From Coleofasciculus chthonoplastes F2-STO-03 (GTDB lineage: Bacteria; Cyanobacteriota; Cyanobacteriia; Cyanobacteriales; Coleofasciculaceae), in assembly GCA_040222015.1 (NCBI GenBank), contig JAVJWO010000171.1, forward strand, positions 1 to 64,000: a stretch of 64,000 bases of DNA, written 5' to 3'. The notes below the pieces were generated by a model. The model was not told where the DNA came from. It ran no database searches and worked only from the letters and a program-made list of their open reading frames with translations. A program made the translations under genes and the position numbers. Of this stretch, positions 11,255 through 21,473 are shown piece after piece (the stretch's first letter is position 1; every line of letters begins with the position of its first letter).

Positions 11255-12877
11255 TCAGGCAGAGGTGGGAGCATTTGCCTGCAAAAATCCGCATAACCAG
11301 TCCTTCAAGTGATAAGTAGCACGGCAATCATCTTCATTGTAGCGTTGAATAATCTCCAGTACCGTGCGATCGCCTGTTGTCAGCCACTGTTCATAGAGAC
11401 AAACGCATTGAGAACCTGTTACCGCCGCATCGCGCCACTCAAAGCCTAACCACCGAGCTAAATGTTTGAGTGAATAGCTTTCCACGGGTAGGGTTACTGT
11501 ACTCATAACCTGCTGATGCACATCGACAAAGCGCGACAGTAAGGGCTGTAGCTGGGTGAAGGGGGTTTTGTAAAGTTTAGCTAAGCGCTTGACGGTTTCG
11601 ACTTCATAATCAGAAAAATGAAAGATGGGAGCATCGGGGTAGAGCCACACCAACTCTAAAAATTGCTGCCAGATGAAGCCTTCGTCGTCGGGATGTTCTG
11701 CCAAGAAGGGATGAAATGTCTCGGTATTGGTGGAGCGATCAATCACCAAGATACCCAGTAAATAGTCCAGGTTTAAGTCGGGTTGAGCCTCGATATCAAA
11801 GAAGAGTTCGACAGAGGCTTGGGGTAATCGATTCATATATCTCATGGAAGGCTGAAACTCTGAGTAAGAATTAACTCCAGCACCATTTGCATTGTTCTCC
11901 GATTCTGTCAACCTGTCGAATGGTGGAGTCTCCTTACCTGGATCAACTCTTTGACGCAGAATCACCCGATTGTGCTGAATCGATTGAGCCTGTTGCACTA
12001 AATTTAATCCCACTTCGCTGCCAAACTCAGATGCCAAGGTGCTAATCTCAGCTTGGGCAAGGGATTCTACCGTCGTTATCCCTAACTCCTGTAAACTCTG
12101 GTAGCGCTTTGGCGTAACTCCGGGTATCAACGAAATATGCTTTTGAGATTGCGCGATCGCATAACAGCTACTATGCCAATGGCAAAGACTGCATTTTTGC
12201 CGTGAGATAAAGACTTCCGGCGCTTGAGCTTGTCCCAAAGTTTGGATACAGTCTGCCAAATCCGCTTGCATCAGGGGTAGCCATTTATCCAGAGTCACCG
12301 AGTAGGCATTTTGACGACGTAAAATTAACCAAGCCTGACTGGGCAAACTTCCCTGTATTTCAGCCAAAAGATGGGCATGAAACGCGGCGATGATTTGATA
12401 ATCTGCCTTAGCCCGCCTGCCGAATTTAATGGATATTGGAACATACATCCAATCCCCGAAAATCGACTGTCCTGGCTGTTTGAGCAATAAATCAGGAGAA
12501 CCCAGCAGCGTGACTCCTTCAACCGTTTGCCGGAACAAAACTCCCTTAGCAATACAATCAACGCCTTGCTGCATCAACTCCCATGTCGCATTCGCTCCCG
12601 CTTGCCAATCATCTCGCCTATAGTTAGGGGTTTGTATCGGTGTCAGGTTTACTCCAGTAGGTAATAAGGATAGGAGTGAACTTTCTCCGGCAGAACCATA
12701 GCTTCCCTCATATTCCACGCTTTTGAGGATAGCTCGCCGATGCGCCGAACTATCTTGGCGCAGTTTCAGCAGAAAATCTTGGGGCGGATCTTTTTGACTC
12801 GGATCACCATAATAATCGAGAAACGCTCGACGCCGACAGCGTTTGTAATAGAGGAGCAATTCATCCGTCAGCAGCAT
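11255..12877 (-). CDS. TM0106-family RecB-like putative nuclease (C-terminal RNase H-like domain)
   Basis: C..R..LD N-terminus, PDLL..Y.PISIK nuclease motif, CSLCHWHSSC, FFDIE, YSLK, YNEDDC. Start placed at MLLTDE; upstream ATGs to 12979 are possible. Confidence 0.85.
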   Translation of the reverse strand: MLLTDELLLYYKRCRRRAFLDYYGDPSQKDPPQDFLLKLRQDSSAHRRAILKSVEYEGSYGSAGESSLLSLLPTGVNLTPIQTPNYRRDDWQAGANATWELMQQGVDCIAKGVLFRQTVEGVTLLGSPDLLLKQPGQSIFGDWMYVPISIKFGRRAKADYQIIAAFHAHLLAEIQGSLPSQAWLILRRQNAYSVTLDKWLPLMQADLADCIQTLGQAQAPEVFISRQKCSLCHWHSSCYAIAQSQKHISLIPGVTPKRYQSLQELGITTVESLAQAEISTLASEFGSEVGLNLVQQAQSIQHNRVILRQRVDPGKETPPFDRLTESENNANGAGVNSYSEFQPSMRYMNRLPQASVELFFDIEAQPDLNLDYLLGILVIDRSTNTETFHPFLAEHPDDEGFIWQQFLELVWLYPDAPIFHFSDYEVETVKRLAKLYKTPFTQLQPLLSRFVDVHQQVMSTVTLPVESYSLKHLARWLGFEWRDAAVTGSQCVCLYEQWLTTGDRTVLEIIQRYNEDDCRATYHLKDWLCGFLQANAPTSA

Positions 12878-13009
12878 AGCTTCATTGGCGATGGGGGATG
12901 GGGGATTGCTCATACTCGCGAAGCGCCAAGCACGCTCCGTCATTTTTCGTAGCACAGGGAACAAGGACTTTAAATTCATAATTCAAAACTCATAGCTTAA
13001 AACTCGGTT

Positions 13010-13074
13010 AGGGCGGGTTTTGAATAAACGTTATCATTAATAGCTTGTGCGAAAGTTCATAAACCCGCCCCTAC
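13010..13074. repeat. REP doublet GGGCGGGTTT-N~40-AAACCCGCCCCTAC (dispersed family)
   Basis: Same arms recur at ~15108, 19397, 21357, 26422, 36896, 43323, 59843, 61007 and 63151; single arms at 13933, 22398 and 45373. Confidence 0.9.
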
Positions 13075-13343
13075 ACAATTAAAACTCAACCTGAATCGCG
13101 GGAATCCCCCCTCCAGCGCCATCACGGGGAGGGATAGCGGGGCGACGTAGGTACGGAGTCGCTAGTGCAGCGCGGCAGAAATACTTGAGCCGCTCATCTT
13201 AGGGTAAAATGGAACAAAGAAAACGGTACTGTATTAAATTTTGTAAACACCCCTGCAACCCTACGAACTTCGCTGACATCGGTGCTATTCGTTCTCAACC
13301 TTTCCCTACTATCCTCAAAACTTAAATCTTTTTTCCACACAGG

Positions 13344-13934
13344 ATGGAACTTTTCGCAGTTATTATTAATGGTCACTGGCAACCCGGAATCGGTGATCCT
13401 ACGTTTATGGGCTGGTTTACAGTCGTAGCGTATTTGATCACAGCGTTATTGTGCCTGATCAGTGCCTTACCTCATCGGCTCGTCTTCCCTCTACAGCGAG
13501 TGAGTCAAATTCGTTGGCTATGGGGATTCTTCGCCATTCTTTTATTATTGCTGGGTATTAATAAGCAATTAGATTTACAGTCTTTGGTGACTGTAGTCGG
13601 CAAGGAATTAGCGCTATCTCAGGGTTGGTATCAGCAGCGTCGGATGGTTCAGACGCAATTTATTGTAGGAATTGTGATTGCGGCGTTACTTTTAGTTTCG
13701 GTAATCGGACGCGCCATTTATGCTGAACGGCGAACCTATCGGTTAGCGCTTTTAGGTTTAATTTTCCTTTCTTGTTTTATTGTCATTCGCGCCTCATCCT
13801 TTCATCATATTGATGCCTTGATCGGTTGGCAAGTGGTTGGATTAAGGATGAACTGGATATTAGAAATAGGGGGTATCGCTTGTATCGCTATTGCCGCCAT
13901 CAGGACTATTTTTAAGCGAATGTCACTGACTTAA
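13344..13934 (+). CDS. Conserved hypothetical membrane protein (WxPGIGDPT..GW motif)
   Basis: 196-aa ORF, ~5 TM segments, motifs LGINKQLDLQS and RASSFHHID. Confidence 0.75.
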   Translation: MELFAVIINGHWQPGIGDPTFMGWFTVVAYLITALLCLISALPHRLVFPLQRVSQIRWLWGFFAILLLLLGINKQLDLQSLVTVVGKELALSQGWYQQRRMVQTQFIVGIVIAALLLVSVIGRAIYAERRTYRLALLGLIFLSCFIVIRASSFHHIDALIGWQVVGLRMNWILEIGGIACIAIAAIRTIFKRMSLT

Positions 13935-13957
13935 ACCCGCCCCTACACACTCAAAAC

Positions 13958-14665
13958 TCAGACTAAGGGAAATAGTTGATGAAGGTAAAACGCCAAAGCA
14001 GCACTGGCTACAGGTACGGTAAGATTATCCATGCCCCACTTTGAGAACATTTCTAAACCGGTAGCCCCTAACGCCACAGCGATAGGGAGTAACCACGTTT
14101 GCCAAATATTACCCTGAACCCCAAGTAGAATTAAACAACTGACCCCATAGCTGATTAGAGTCATCGTCAAAGAACCTTCCCAGCTTTTTGTCATCCCCCA
14201 GATTTGGTACTTATGCTGCCCAAATCGCTGACCAATTAATCCCGCTAGTCCATCTCCCCAGGTCATGATTAAAATTCCAATTGCAGCATAGTGGAATTGA
14301 TGGGGTGACCAAAACCAAGCGATGAGGATGCCCATACTCACTGCATAGAAAAACGTACCAAAACTTCTACGTCCCACACTGTTGATACCGGGCAGAAATG
14401 GCACATAATACGACAAAAGTGCGATCGCGCTAGCGATGATAGATGCGGCTATACCCACCCAGGCGGGAATTTGTAACCACCAAGCCACCAAAATCACATT
14501 ACCCGTACCGATGTGAACGACTTTGCGGGCTAATTCTGAACTCGTAGAAGTCCGGCGATGGAGTGTCTCAGCAGAGAACACAATCAGACTTAGCCCCAGC
14601 GCCACAATACTAATGTGGAGCCATAACGCCGGAATTGATTCAAACCAAGGTAATGAGTCAAACAA
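13958..14665 (-). CDS. Phytol/dolichol (polyprenol) kinase, CTP_transf_1 family
   Basis: [26 protein letters not shown] and DNLTVP motifs. Confidence 0.85.
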   Translation of the reverse strand: MFDSLPWFESIPALWLHISIVALGLSLIVFSAETLHRRTSTSSELARKVVHIGTGNVILVAWWLQIPAWVGIAASIIASAIALLSYYVPFLPGINSVGRRSFGTFFYAVSMGILIAWFWSPHQFHYAAIGILIMTWGDGLAGLIGQRFGQHKYQIWGMTKSWEGSLTMTLISYGVSCLILLGVQGNIWQTWLLPIAVALGATGLEMFSKWGMDNLTVPVASAALAFYLHQLFPLV

Positions 14666-14709
14666 GAGTTAACACGAATAACAGAGGAGTGCCAATAACA
14701 CTCTATTAC

Positions 14710-15111
14710 ATGATGAAAATTTTATTACTCTGGCTGATTCGAGCCTACAGAACCTTAATTTCCCCTATCTTTGGGCCCACCTGTCGATTTCATCCAACCT
14801 GTTCAACCTATGCCCTACAAGCCATTGAACGCTTTGGACCGTGGCGTGGAAGTATCCTCGCACTGCGGCGCATCCTACGCTGTCATCCATTTCATCCGGG
14901 GGGTTATGATCCGATTCCGGACGCAACTCCCAAGGATGAGAGGGGAGCTGGGGGAGCTGGGGAAGCTGGGGGAGCTGGGGGAGCTGGGGGAGCTGGGGGA
15001 GCTGGGGGAGCTGGGGAAGCAGGGGGAGCTGGGGGAGCAGGGGAAGCAGGGGGAGCTGGGGGAGCAGGGGGAGCTGGGGAAGCAGGGGGAGCTGGGGGAG
15101 CCGATCTGTAG
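14710..15111 (+). CDS. yidD: Membrane protein insertion efficiency factor YidD with repeat-derived Gly/Ala tail
   Basis: [24 protein letters not shown]...[15 protein letters not shown]; frame runs on through the 9-mer repeat. Confidence 0.9.
   Translation: MMKILLLWLIRAYRTLISPIFGPTCRFHPTCSTYALQAIERFGPWRGSILALRRILRCHPFHPGGYDPIPDATPKDERGAGGAGEAGGAGGAGGAGGAGGAGEAGGAGGAGEAGGAGGAGGAGEAGGAGGADL
14941..15100 (+). repeat. 9-mer STRR (GGGG[G/A]AGC[T/A])n
   Basis: About 17 tandem copies. Confidence 0.95.
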
Positions 15112-15304
15112 GGACAGGTTTTACCAATAACGTTTTAGCTCAAACTGATAACTTAACTCGCGCCCGCCCAGTTGTAGAGGTGAGTTTTACAGATTTCGCC
15201 AAGAGAGATAAATCCGCTAAATCGCGTATTAAGATTCATTACTATTGCTGAGGAAATTACGTAAGTAGAAATACACAATAGTAGTTAAGCACATACGACT
15301 TATC

Positions 15305-15362
15305 AAGGACTTACGCCATTGAGTTATCTAAGCAGTATCTCCGTGTCTAAACGTAAGTCCTT
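15305..15362. mobile_element. Short MITE-like element, ends AAGGACTTACG...CGTAAGTCCTT
   Basis: Perfect 11-bp terminal inverted repeat. Confidence 0.55.
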
Positions 15363-15659
15363 TTTTCTTGCGGGTCTTACCGTGAAAGTCCGCCATCTTT
15401 AATTAATTTAATATTTCTTTATAAAAAGATACAATACTCTCCGTGTTTCTACGGTAATACAAACGAACTAGCCAGCAAATTTCCGGAAATATACGGATTA
15501 TTTCGCTCTTTGAGTTGGATATGTTCTAAGAGGAAACACTGTATTCTTTAGCCCCTGAACGCTTGTTCTGACGGTCAGGGGATTTTTTGTACCTGTCTTG
15601 AGTCATTAGTCTGATGGCGGTGCTAGAAAACAAAGGACTAATGATCATGGATAAGAACA

Positions 15660-16364
15660 ATGAAACCCTATTACCAGATTCAGATTCGAGACTGTGGAGA
15701 ACCCCTGGTTCCCATACCCTTGGAGCGGTTCGCGGTGGAATCCCTTCATCCTTATGAAAAACTGGGCGCTCCTTATGGGAAGACGTCTCCCTACCATTTG
15801 CGCCAGACGGTGTTAGAGGCACTAATGACAGCTCAAAATGACCTGCAACAGCGATGTCCGGGCTGGCGTATCCTGATTTTTGATGCCTATCGTCCTGTCG
15901 CGGTTCAGGAATTTATGGTTAACCATACATTTGCTGAAGTTGTGCGATCGCAAAACCTAAACCCAGCGATTCTATCGGAATCAGAACGCCAGAAAATATG
16001 GCAGCAAGTGTATAAAATCTGGGCATTACCGAGTCTTGATCCATTGACCCCGCCGCCTCATAGTACGGGTTCCGCCGTGGATATTACTCTGGTCAATGAG
16101 ACAGGTGAGACGATTGACATGGGATCGGAGATTGACGAACTCTCACCCCGATCTCATCCCGATTATTATGCCCACGCATTGCATCTCCCTTATCATGCCC
16201 ATCGGCAATTGTTACGGGATATCATGCAAAAGGCAGGATTTCAGCGTCATCCGGGGGAGTGGTGGCACTTCTGCTGTGGCGATCAGATGTGGGCATGGTT
16301 GTGCCATCAACAGAACCCCAGCCAGAGGTTTATCGCTCGTTATGGTCGAGTGGCTGGTGATTAA
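15660..16364 (+). CDS. ddpX: D-alanyl-D-alanine dipeptidase (peptidase M15D, VanX/DdpX family)
   Basis: IFDAYRP, PPHSTGSAVDITL and EWWHF motifs. Confidence 0.85.
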   Translation: MKPYYQIQIRDCGEPLVPIPLERFAVESLHPYEKLGAPYGKTSPYHLRQTVLEALMTAQNDLQQRCPGWRILIFDAYRPVAVQEFMVNHTFAEVVRSQNLNPAILSESERQKIWQQVYKIWALPSLDPLTPPPHSTGSAVDITLVNETGETIDMGSEIDELSPRSHPDYYAHALHLPYHAHRQLLRDIMQKAGFQRHPGEWWHFCCGDQMWAWLCHQQNPSQRFIARYGRVAGD

Positions 16365-16433
16365 GGGAATTAAACCGATATTCTGGGTAAAGACGATTTT
16401 TTTGTCTGTCGATCACTCCCATCTGAATAGGTT

Positions 16434-16808
16434 ATGGTTGCACCGAAACAAGTCTATGTTCTCTTATTCAATACTCGTAGCGAAAACGAGGGGATTCACA
16501 CCCTGCAAATCAGCGATCGCAATGTGGTGTTGATGTTTGAGTCAGAGGATGACGCCATCCGTTTTGGCGGGATGCTGGAAGCCCAGGATTTCCCCAATCC
16601 TTCTGTGGAAGCGCTGGAGGTTGAGGAAATTGAAGAATTCTGCCAAAGTGCCGGCTATGAGTGCCAACTCGTTGAAACCGGGATGTTGGCATTACCGCCG
16701 GAAACAAATGTGGAAAAAACAGACTGGCAACCTAATGGGACGCCAAATCAAGAACCAGAGATGTCTGATCTGGATCGAATTCGCCGTCAGCTAGAGGGAT
16801 TGTTGTAA
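16434..16808 (+). CDS. DUF3110 family protein
   Basis: VYVLLFN....EGIHT...VLMFESEDDA.RF..MLEAQDF; ends RRQLEGLL. Confidence 0.8.
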   Translation: MVAPKQVYVLLFNTRSENEGIHTLQISDRNVVLMFESEDDAIRFGGMLEAQDFPNPSVEALEVEEIEEFCQSAGYECQLVETGMLALPPETNVEKTDWQPNGTPNQEPEMSDLDRIRRQLEGLL

Positions 16809-17731
16809 TGAAAAAGTTGGAGGAACGGGGTTATCTGCTAACGGAACAGGTAAACCCTCAAAGTCAAAATCTCGACCAGCTCACCTCGCTAGAGTTAGTG
16901 GATTTGTTTAATCGCGAGGATGAGGAAACGATTCGTGCGATCGCGGCCGTTAGAACTCAACTAGCACAAGCCATTGATCGCACGGCAAAAGCCCTGAAAC
17001 AAGGGGGGCGTCTCTTTTATGTCGGTGCAGGGACTAGCGGACGCTTAGGAGTATTGGATGCGGCTGAATGTCCTCCCACCTTTTGTACACCTCCCGAACT
17101 GGTACAAGGCGTTATCGCTGGCGGCGCCGGGGCGTTAATCCGAAGTTCAGAAAACTTGGAAGATAGGGAAGAAGATGGCAGTGACGCGATCGCGCACCGT
17201 CAGGTGACGGAATTAGATGTCGTGGTGGGTATTACCGCAGGTGGGACAACACCCTATGTACGCGGGGCATTGCAAGCGGCAAGACAACGAGGCGCCACGA
17301 CAATTTTACTCGCCTGTGTCCCCGCCGAACAAGTCAGTTATGAGGTGGATTTAGATATTCGCTTACTTGTTGGTCCAGAAATTCTTGCGGGTTCGACACG
17401 CTTAAAAGCCGGAACAGTGACCAAAATGGTATTGAATATCCTGTCTACAGGTGTAATGGTGCAACTGGGTAAAGTTTACGGTAATCGCATGGTCGATGTC
17501 GCGGTTACCAATAAAAAACTCCATGACCGTGCCTTACGAATTCTACAAGACCTGACTGACCTGAGTCGAGACGAAGCCGGATTTTTACTCGAACGCAGCG
17601 GACGCCGGGTGAAACTGGCACTGTTGATGCACTGGACAGGAGAAGATGTCCCAGTCTGCGATCGCCTGTTGAGTCAACAGCAAGGAAATCTCAGACAAGC
17701 GTTACTCAGTTACCAGAACAGTAGTGAGTGA
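16808..17731 (+). CDS. murQ: N-acetylmuramic acid 6-phosphate etherase
   Basis: GAGTSGRLGVLDAAECPPTF, GSTRLKAGT, GKVYGNRMVDV. Confidence 0.95.
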   Translation: MKKLEERGYLLTEQVNPQSQNLDQLTSLELVDLFNREDEETIRAIAAVRTQLAQAIDRTAKALKQGGRLFYVGAGTSGRLGVLDAAECPPTFCTPPELVQGVIAGGAGALIRSSENLEDREEDGSDAIAHRQVTELDVVVGITAGGTTPYVRGALQAARQRGATTILLACVPAEQVSYEVDLDIRLLVGPEILAGSTRLKAGTVTKMVLNILSTGVMVQLGKVYGNRMVDVAVTNKKLHDRALRILQDLTDLSRDEAGFLLERSGRRVKLALLMHWTGEDVPVCDRLLSQQQGNLRQALLSYQNSSE

Positions 17732-17814
17732 TTCATCAACAGCGACTTTCCGCAGCTTCCCGTACTCAGCTACAGTAGAACTATTGGCTTTTGCTGCTAC
17801 AAGTTTCATTAAAC

Positions 17815-19350
17815 ATGTTCAACGGATCAGAGACGACTGCAACAGTTTTACTTCTCCTTGTCGCCCTTGGTGTCATCGGTTGGGGATATAGGCGTGCCAG
17901 AACTTACGGCAAACTCGGCATCCTCGCCTGGTTGCAGTCCCTCGTGTTAACGGTTCCCTGGCTGATATTTTTTGTCCTATTAGCTGCCGGAATTTATCTG
18001 AATATTGTTGGTATCTTATTGTTATTGGTGGTTTCAACCGGGATCTATATTTTCCTCGGTAAACGGTTGCGGGAAGAAGGTCAAGATGCCGTCTTGCAGA
18101 AGCGTGCCAACCAGTTACTCCATGAGAAATCTGATCCCAACGACAGTCAAAATGCATCACCGCAAGAAGACACCTCAGCAACCGCCCCATCACCAGAGAG
18201 TAGTAGTTCCGCCGGAACTGAAGTGATACCCATTTCGCCAGACGATCTGAAGACTATCCAGGGAATTTTTGGTATTGATACATTCTTTGCCACAGAAACC
18301 ATTCCCTACCAGGAAGGGGTGATATTTAAGGGGAATCTGCGTGGCGGTGAGCCTGAGGCGGTGCATTCCCGTTTATCTGCCAGTTTAGAACAACGGTTGG
18401 ATGATCGCTACCGACTCTTTTTAGTTGAAGATCCCGAAGGAAAACCTGTGGTGATTGTTCTACCCAGTAGCAATGATCCGCAACCGCTAACGATTCCCCA
18501 GAAGATTTTGGCAGGAGTGTTGCTGGTGGCTACCATTGTTACTAGCTTAGAAGCGGCTGGATTTTTGCTCAATTTTGATTTATTTACCGCACCTGAACGG
18601 GTGAAGGAAACCTTGCCCTTAGGTTTGGGGATTTGCACAGTTTTGGCAGTTCACGAACTCGGTCATTTGTGGGCAGCACGGCGTCATCAGGTTCGCTTGA
18701 GTTTCCCATTTTTTATTCCCAGTTTACAAATTGGTTCCTTTGGGGCGATTACCCGCTTTGAATCATTGGTTCCTAACCGTAAAGCTTTATTTGACATTGC
18801 CTTAGCTGGACCGGCGGCGGGTGGGATTGCGTCTGTTTTCCTACTGCTGTTGGGCTTGGTTTTGTCTCATCAAGGCAGTACCTTTCAGGTTCCGGCTCAA
18901 TTTTTCCAAGGTTCGGTTTTGGTTGGTGGGTTAGCCCGGATTATTTTGGGAAATTCTCTGCAAGCACCCCTTGTTGATGTTCATCCCTTAACGATTATGG
19001 GTTGGCTGGGGTTAGTGATTAGTGCGTTGAATTTAATGCCAGCCGGACAGTTAGATGGGGGGCGCGTTGTACAAGCTATCTATGGACGCAAAACAGCTCG
19101 CCGCACGACGATTGCGACGTTGGTCATCTTGGGAATTGTGGCATTAGCGAATCCCTCTAATCCATTGATTTTGTATTGGGCAATTATCATTTTGTTTTTG
19201 CAACGTTCTTTGGAGCGTCCGAGTCTCAATGAAATTACCGAACCGGATGATACGAGAGCAATTTTAGGCTTAGTGGCGCTATTTTTAATGGTGGCAACAT
19301 TGATTCCCTTCACGCCAGCGTTAGCGGTGCGTTTGGGTATTGGTAGCTAA
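17815..19350 (+). CDS. Site-2 protease, peptidase M50 (EGY-like)
   Basis: HELGH zinc motif, AGPAAG, NLMPAGQLDGG, multiple TM segments. Confidence 0.9.
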   Translation: MFNGSETTATVLLLLVALGVIGWGYRRARTYGKLGILAWLQSLVLTVPWLIFFVLLAAGIYLNIVGILLLLVVSTGIYIFLGKRLREEGQDAVLQKRANQLLHEKSDPNDSQNASPQEDTSATAPSPESSSSAGTEVIPISPDDLKTIQGIFGIDTFFATETIPYQEGVIFKGNLRGGEPEAVHSRLSASLEQRLDDRYRLFLVEDPEGKPVVIVLPSSNDPQPLTIPQKILAGVLLVATIVTSLEAAGFLLNFDLFTAPERVKETLPLGLGICTVLAVHELGHLWAARRHQVRLSFPFFIPSLQIGSFGAITRFESLVPNRKALFDIALAGPAAGGIASVFLLLLGLVLSHQGSTFQVPAQFFQGSVLVGGLARIILGNSLQAPLVDVHPLTIMGWLGLVISALNLMPAGQLDGGRVVQAIYGRKTARRTTIATLVILGIVALANPSNPLILYWAIIILFLQRSLERPSLNEITEPDDTRAILGLVALFLMVATLIPFTPALAVRLGIGS

Positions 19351-19548
19351 GGTAGGGGGAGTTTTGACCCTTCACAACCGTCAGGAAACCTGGTTTGTAG
19401 GGGCGGGTAATCGGATTTTCTTTTCGCTATTGATAGTAACCTTTGTACAAAACCCGCTTTGATATCATGTCCGCCGAAATAACCGTAATATCCTTCTTCC
19501 TTGCAACAAAAGCTCCTTTCCTTGGAGCCCTTTGCCTTTTTCTATATC

Positions 19549-20100
19549 ATGAGTCCAGTAATCACTACCCCACTCGCTGAGTTTCTGTCTCAACCCAATA
19601 TCGAGTCTTCTCCGGCTTGGGAGTTCCTAAATGGGTGTGCTATCCAAAAGCCAATGCCGACTCTGTTTCACTCGCGCCTACAACGCAATCTGGTTAATTA
19701 CATCAACCGCCATACTGACGAGTTTGAAGCGGTTCAAGAGTTACGCTGTTTAGTTCCTCCCTACTCACCCGTGCCGGATATTTCCATTATTGCGATCGCG
19801 CGTCTTCCTGATCAGGATGGACCGTTCGATGGCACACCAGACTGGCTGATTGAAATTCGCTCTCCTGACCAAAGTACCCTAGACTTACAGAAGAAGATTC
19901 TCCATTGTCTGAGCAACGGCACACAATTAGCTTGGTTAATTGACCCCACCCGTCAACAGATATGGGTTTGGCAGGGGGATGATCTGCCGCTGGTATGCTC
20001 AGGATCGGACACCTTGCCCGCTTTGGGTAATTTGCCTGAACTTACTGTCAATGCGGTAATGGCAATGACCCAGCGACAGTCAGGAATTGAAGCCGTTTAA
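19549..20100 (+). CDS. Uma2 family endonuclease (DUF820)
   Basis: E..NG...KPMP..HS..Q, VPDI, PDWLIEIRSPDQ, WLIDP. Confidence 0.9.
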   Translation: MSPVITTPLAEFLSQPNIESSPAWEFLNGCAIQKPMPTLFHSRLQRNLVNYINRHTDEFEAVQELRCLVPPYSPVPDISIIAIARLPDQDGPFDGTPDWLIEIRSPDQSTLDLQKKILHCLSNGTQLAWLIDPTRQQIWVWQGDDLPLVCSGSDTLPALGNLPELTVNAVMAMTQRQSGIEAV

Positions 20101-20479
20101 CCCGGCGGCGGCTAATTACTGGTTAATTTTAATAGCTAATCCCAAAAGAGATCCAGTAGATAATGAATTAATTAGTTTGCAAGCTGTAGCTGCTGTGAAT
20201 TGGAGTTATCATTTCAAAGTAAGAAACTACAAAGACAAGAAAACAGCTTACAAATCATCTTATTACTTAATCGAACAGAAAAATGTAATATTTACTGATA
20301 TAGTAATTTTGGAATTAGTTGTTGAAAAAATTAAATAGTAGGCTCTCCTGTAATGAGTATAAATAGTGCGATCGCTTGATCGTGTAGGGTGCGTTAGCTA
20401 AAAGCGTAACGCACCTTCTCAATTGCCGATGGGATGTCCACGAATCCCTAACCCCAAGAGCGATCGCATTTTGTTTGAT

Positions 20480-20776
20480 TTATTGACAGGAGTGCAATGG
20501 CGAAACACCCATACTTTGGAGTTCGCCTTCTACTACCGTCATGCCATTTTTCCAAAGCTCATACTCACTCAGATCGATATCTTCATTCCACACAATCCCG
20601 TAGCCCCCTTGCTCAACCTTAAAGTTCTTGAAAAATGCAGGTTTACGAAGTGGAGCAAACTGAGGATTTCCGAAAAGATGAATAATATCATATTTCTTAA
20701 CTTCTTGATTCGTAAATTCAATCACCAAGGTGTGATCGTTAATGGCTTTTGCTTGGCAAATTTTTGGGTATTTCAT
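20480..20776 (-). CDS. DUF2442 family protein (putative antitoxin)
   Basis: L.IEFTN...K.YD...F..L....FF....V..GGYGIVWNEDIDLSEYELW. Confidence 0.8.
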   Translation of the reverse strand: MKYPKICQAKAINDHTLVIEFTNQEVKKYDIIHLFGNPQFAPLRKPAFFKNFKVEQGGYGIVWNEDIDLSEYELWKNGMTVVEGELQSMGVSPLHSCQ

Positions 20777-20792
20777 ACTAGCTATTTTTAGT

Positions 20793-20830
20793 CTACTTTA
20801 AAGTCCGTAGAACCGGGCAATCTCTGGCAT
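20793..20830 (-). pseudogene. Remnant of DUF4160 gene (putative toxin partner of DUF2442)
   Basis: Minus strand reads ATG CCA GAG ATT GCC CGG TTC TAC GGA CTT TAA = MPEIARFYGL*, the typical DUF4160 N-terminus, just upstream of DUF2442. Confidence 0.7.
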
Positions 20831-20886
20831 AATTTATTCAATCACGATTATTGACTTACCCTAATTTTATAGGTAACATTGCAGCC

Positions 20887-21354
20887 ATGGCAATCGAAAT
20901 TGAACGAAAATTTTTAGTTAAAGGCGATCAATGGCGCACCCTTGGTCAAGGAATGCTCTATCGTCAAGGTTATATTGCTACTCATAACCTGACGACGGTG
21001 CGCGTGCGTTTAGTTGGAGATCAGGGCTATCTGACGATTAAAGGGAAAACCGAGAATTTTTCCAGAGTCGAGTACGAATATCCGATTCCCGGATCAGATG
21101 CTCAAGAGATGCTAGAGACATTGTGCGATCGCCCTTTGATTGAAAAAACGCGCTATAGGATAGAGTGTAAGGGTTTAGTCTGGGAAGTGGATGAGTTTAT
21201 GGGTGAGAATGAAGGATTAATTTTTGCCGAAGTCGAACTAACTGATGAAAATCAAGATGTAGAGTTACCGGATTGGATTGGTCAAGAAGTAACTGGAGAT
21301 CCTCACTATTACAATGCTAATTTAGTCCGGCATCCATTTAGTCAGTGGTCATAA
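20887..21354 (+). CDS. CYTH domain protein (triphosphate tunnel metalloenzyme)
   Basis: EIERKFLV, QGY, VRVR, EYEY, IEKTRY, WEVDEF, AEVEL. Confidence 0.9.
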   Translation: MAIEIERKFLVKGDQWRTLGQGMLYRQGYIATHNLTTVRVRLVGDQGYLTIKGKTENFSRVEYEYPIPGSDAQEMLETLCDRPLIEKTRYRIECKGLVWEVDEFMGENEGLIFAEVELTDENQDVELPDWIGQEVTGDPHYYNANLVRHPFSQWS

Positions 21355-21473
21355 ATGTAGGGGCGGGTTTAGGGACTCAATTCACATATTCACCCATAAA
21401 TTTACAACAAAACCCGCCCTGCCTCTCAAAATTGCCGTATGTCTCACCCATAAATTTACAACAAAACCCGTCC

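Noticed and set aside
13331..13339. DnaA-box-like TTTTCCACA suggesting oriC near yidD
   Set aside because: Single box, no cluster, no dnaA/dnaN
14765..15130. ORFs of (LPQ)n and (GEL)n
   Set aside because: Alternative frames of the 9-mer STRR overlapping yidD
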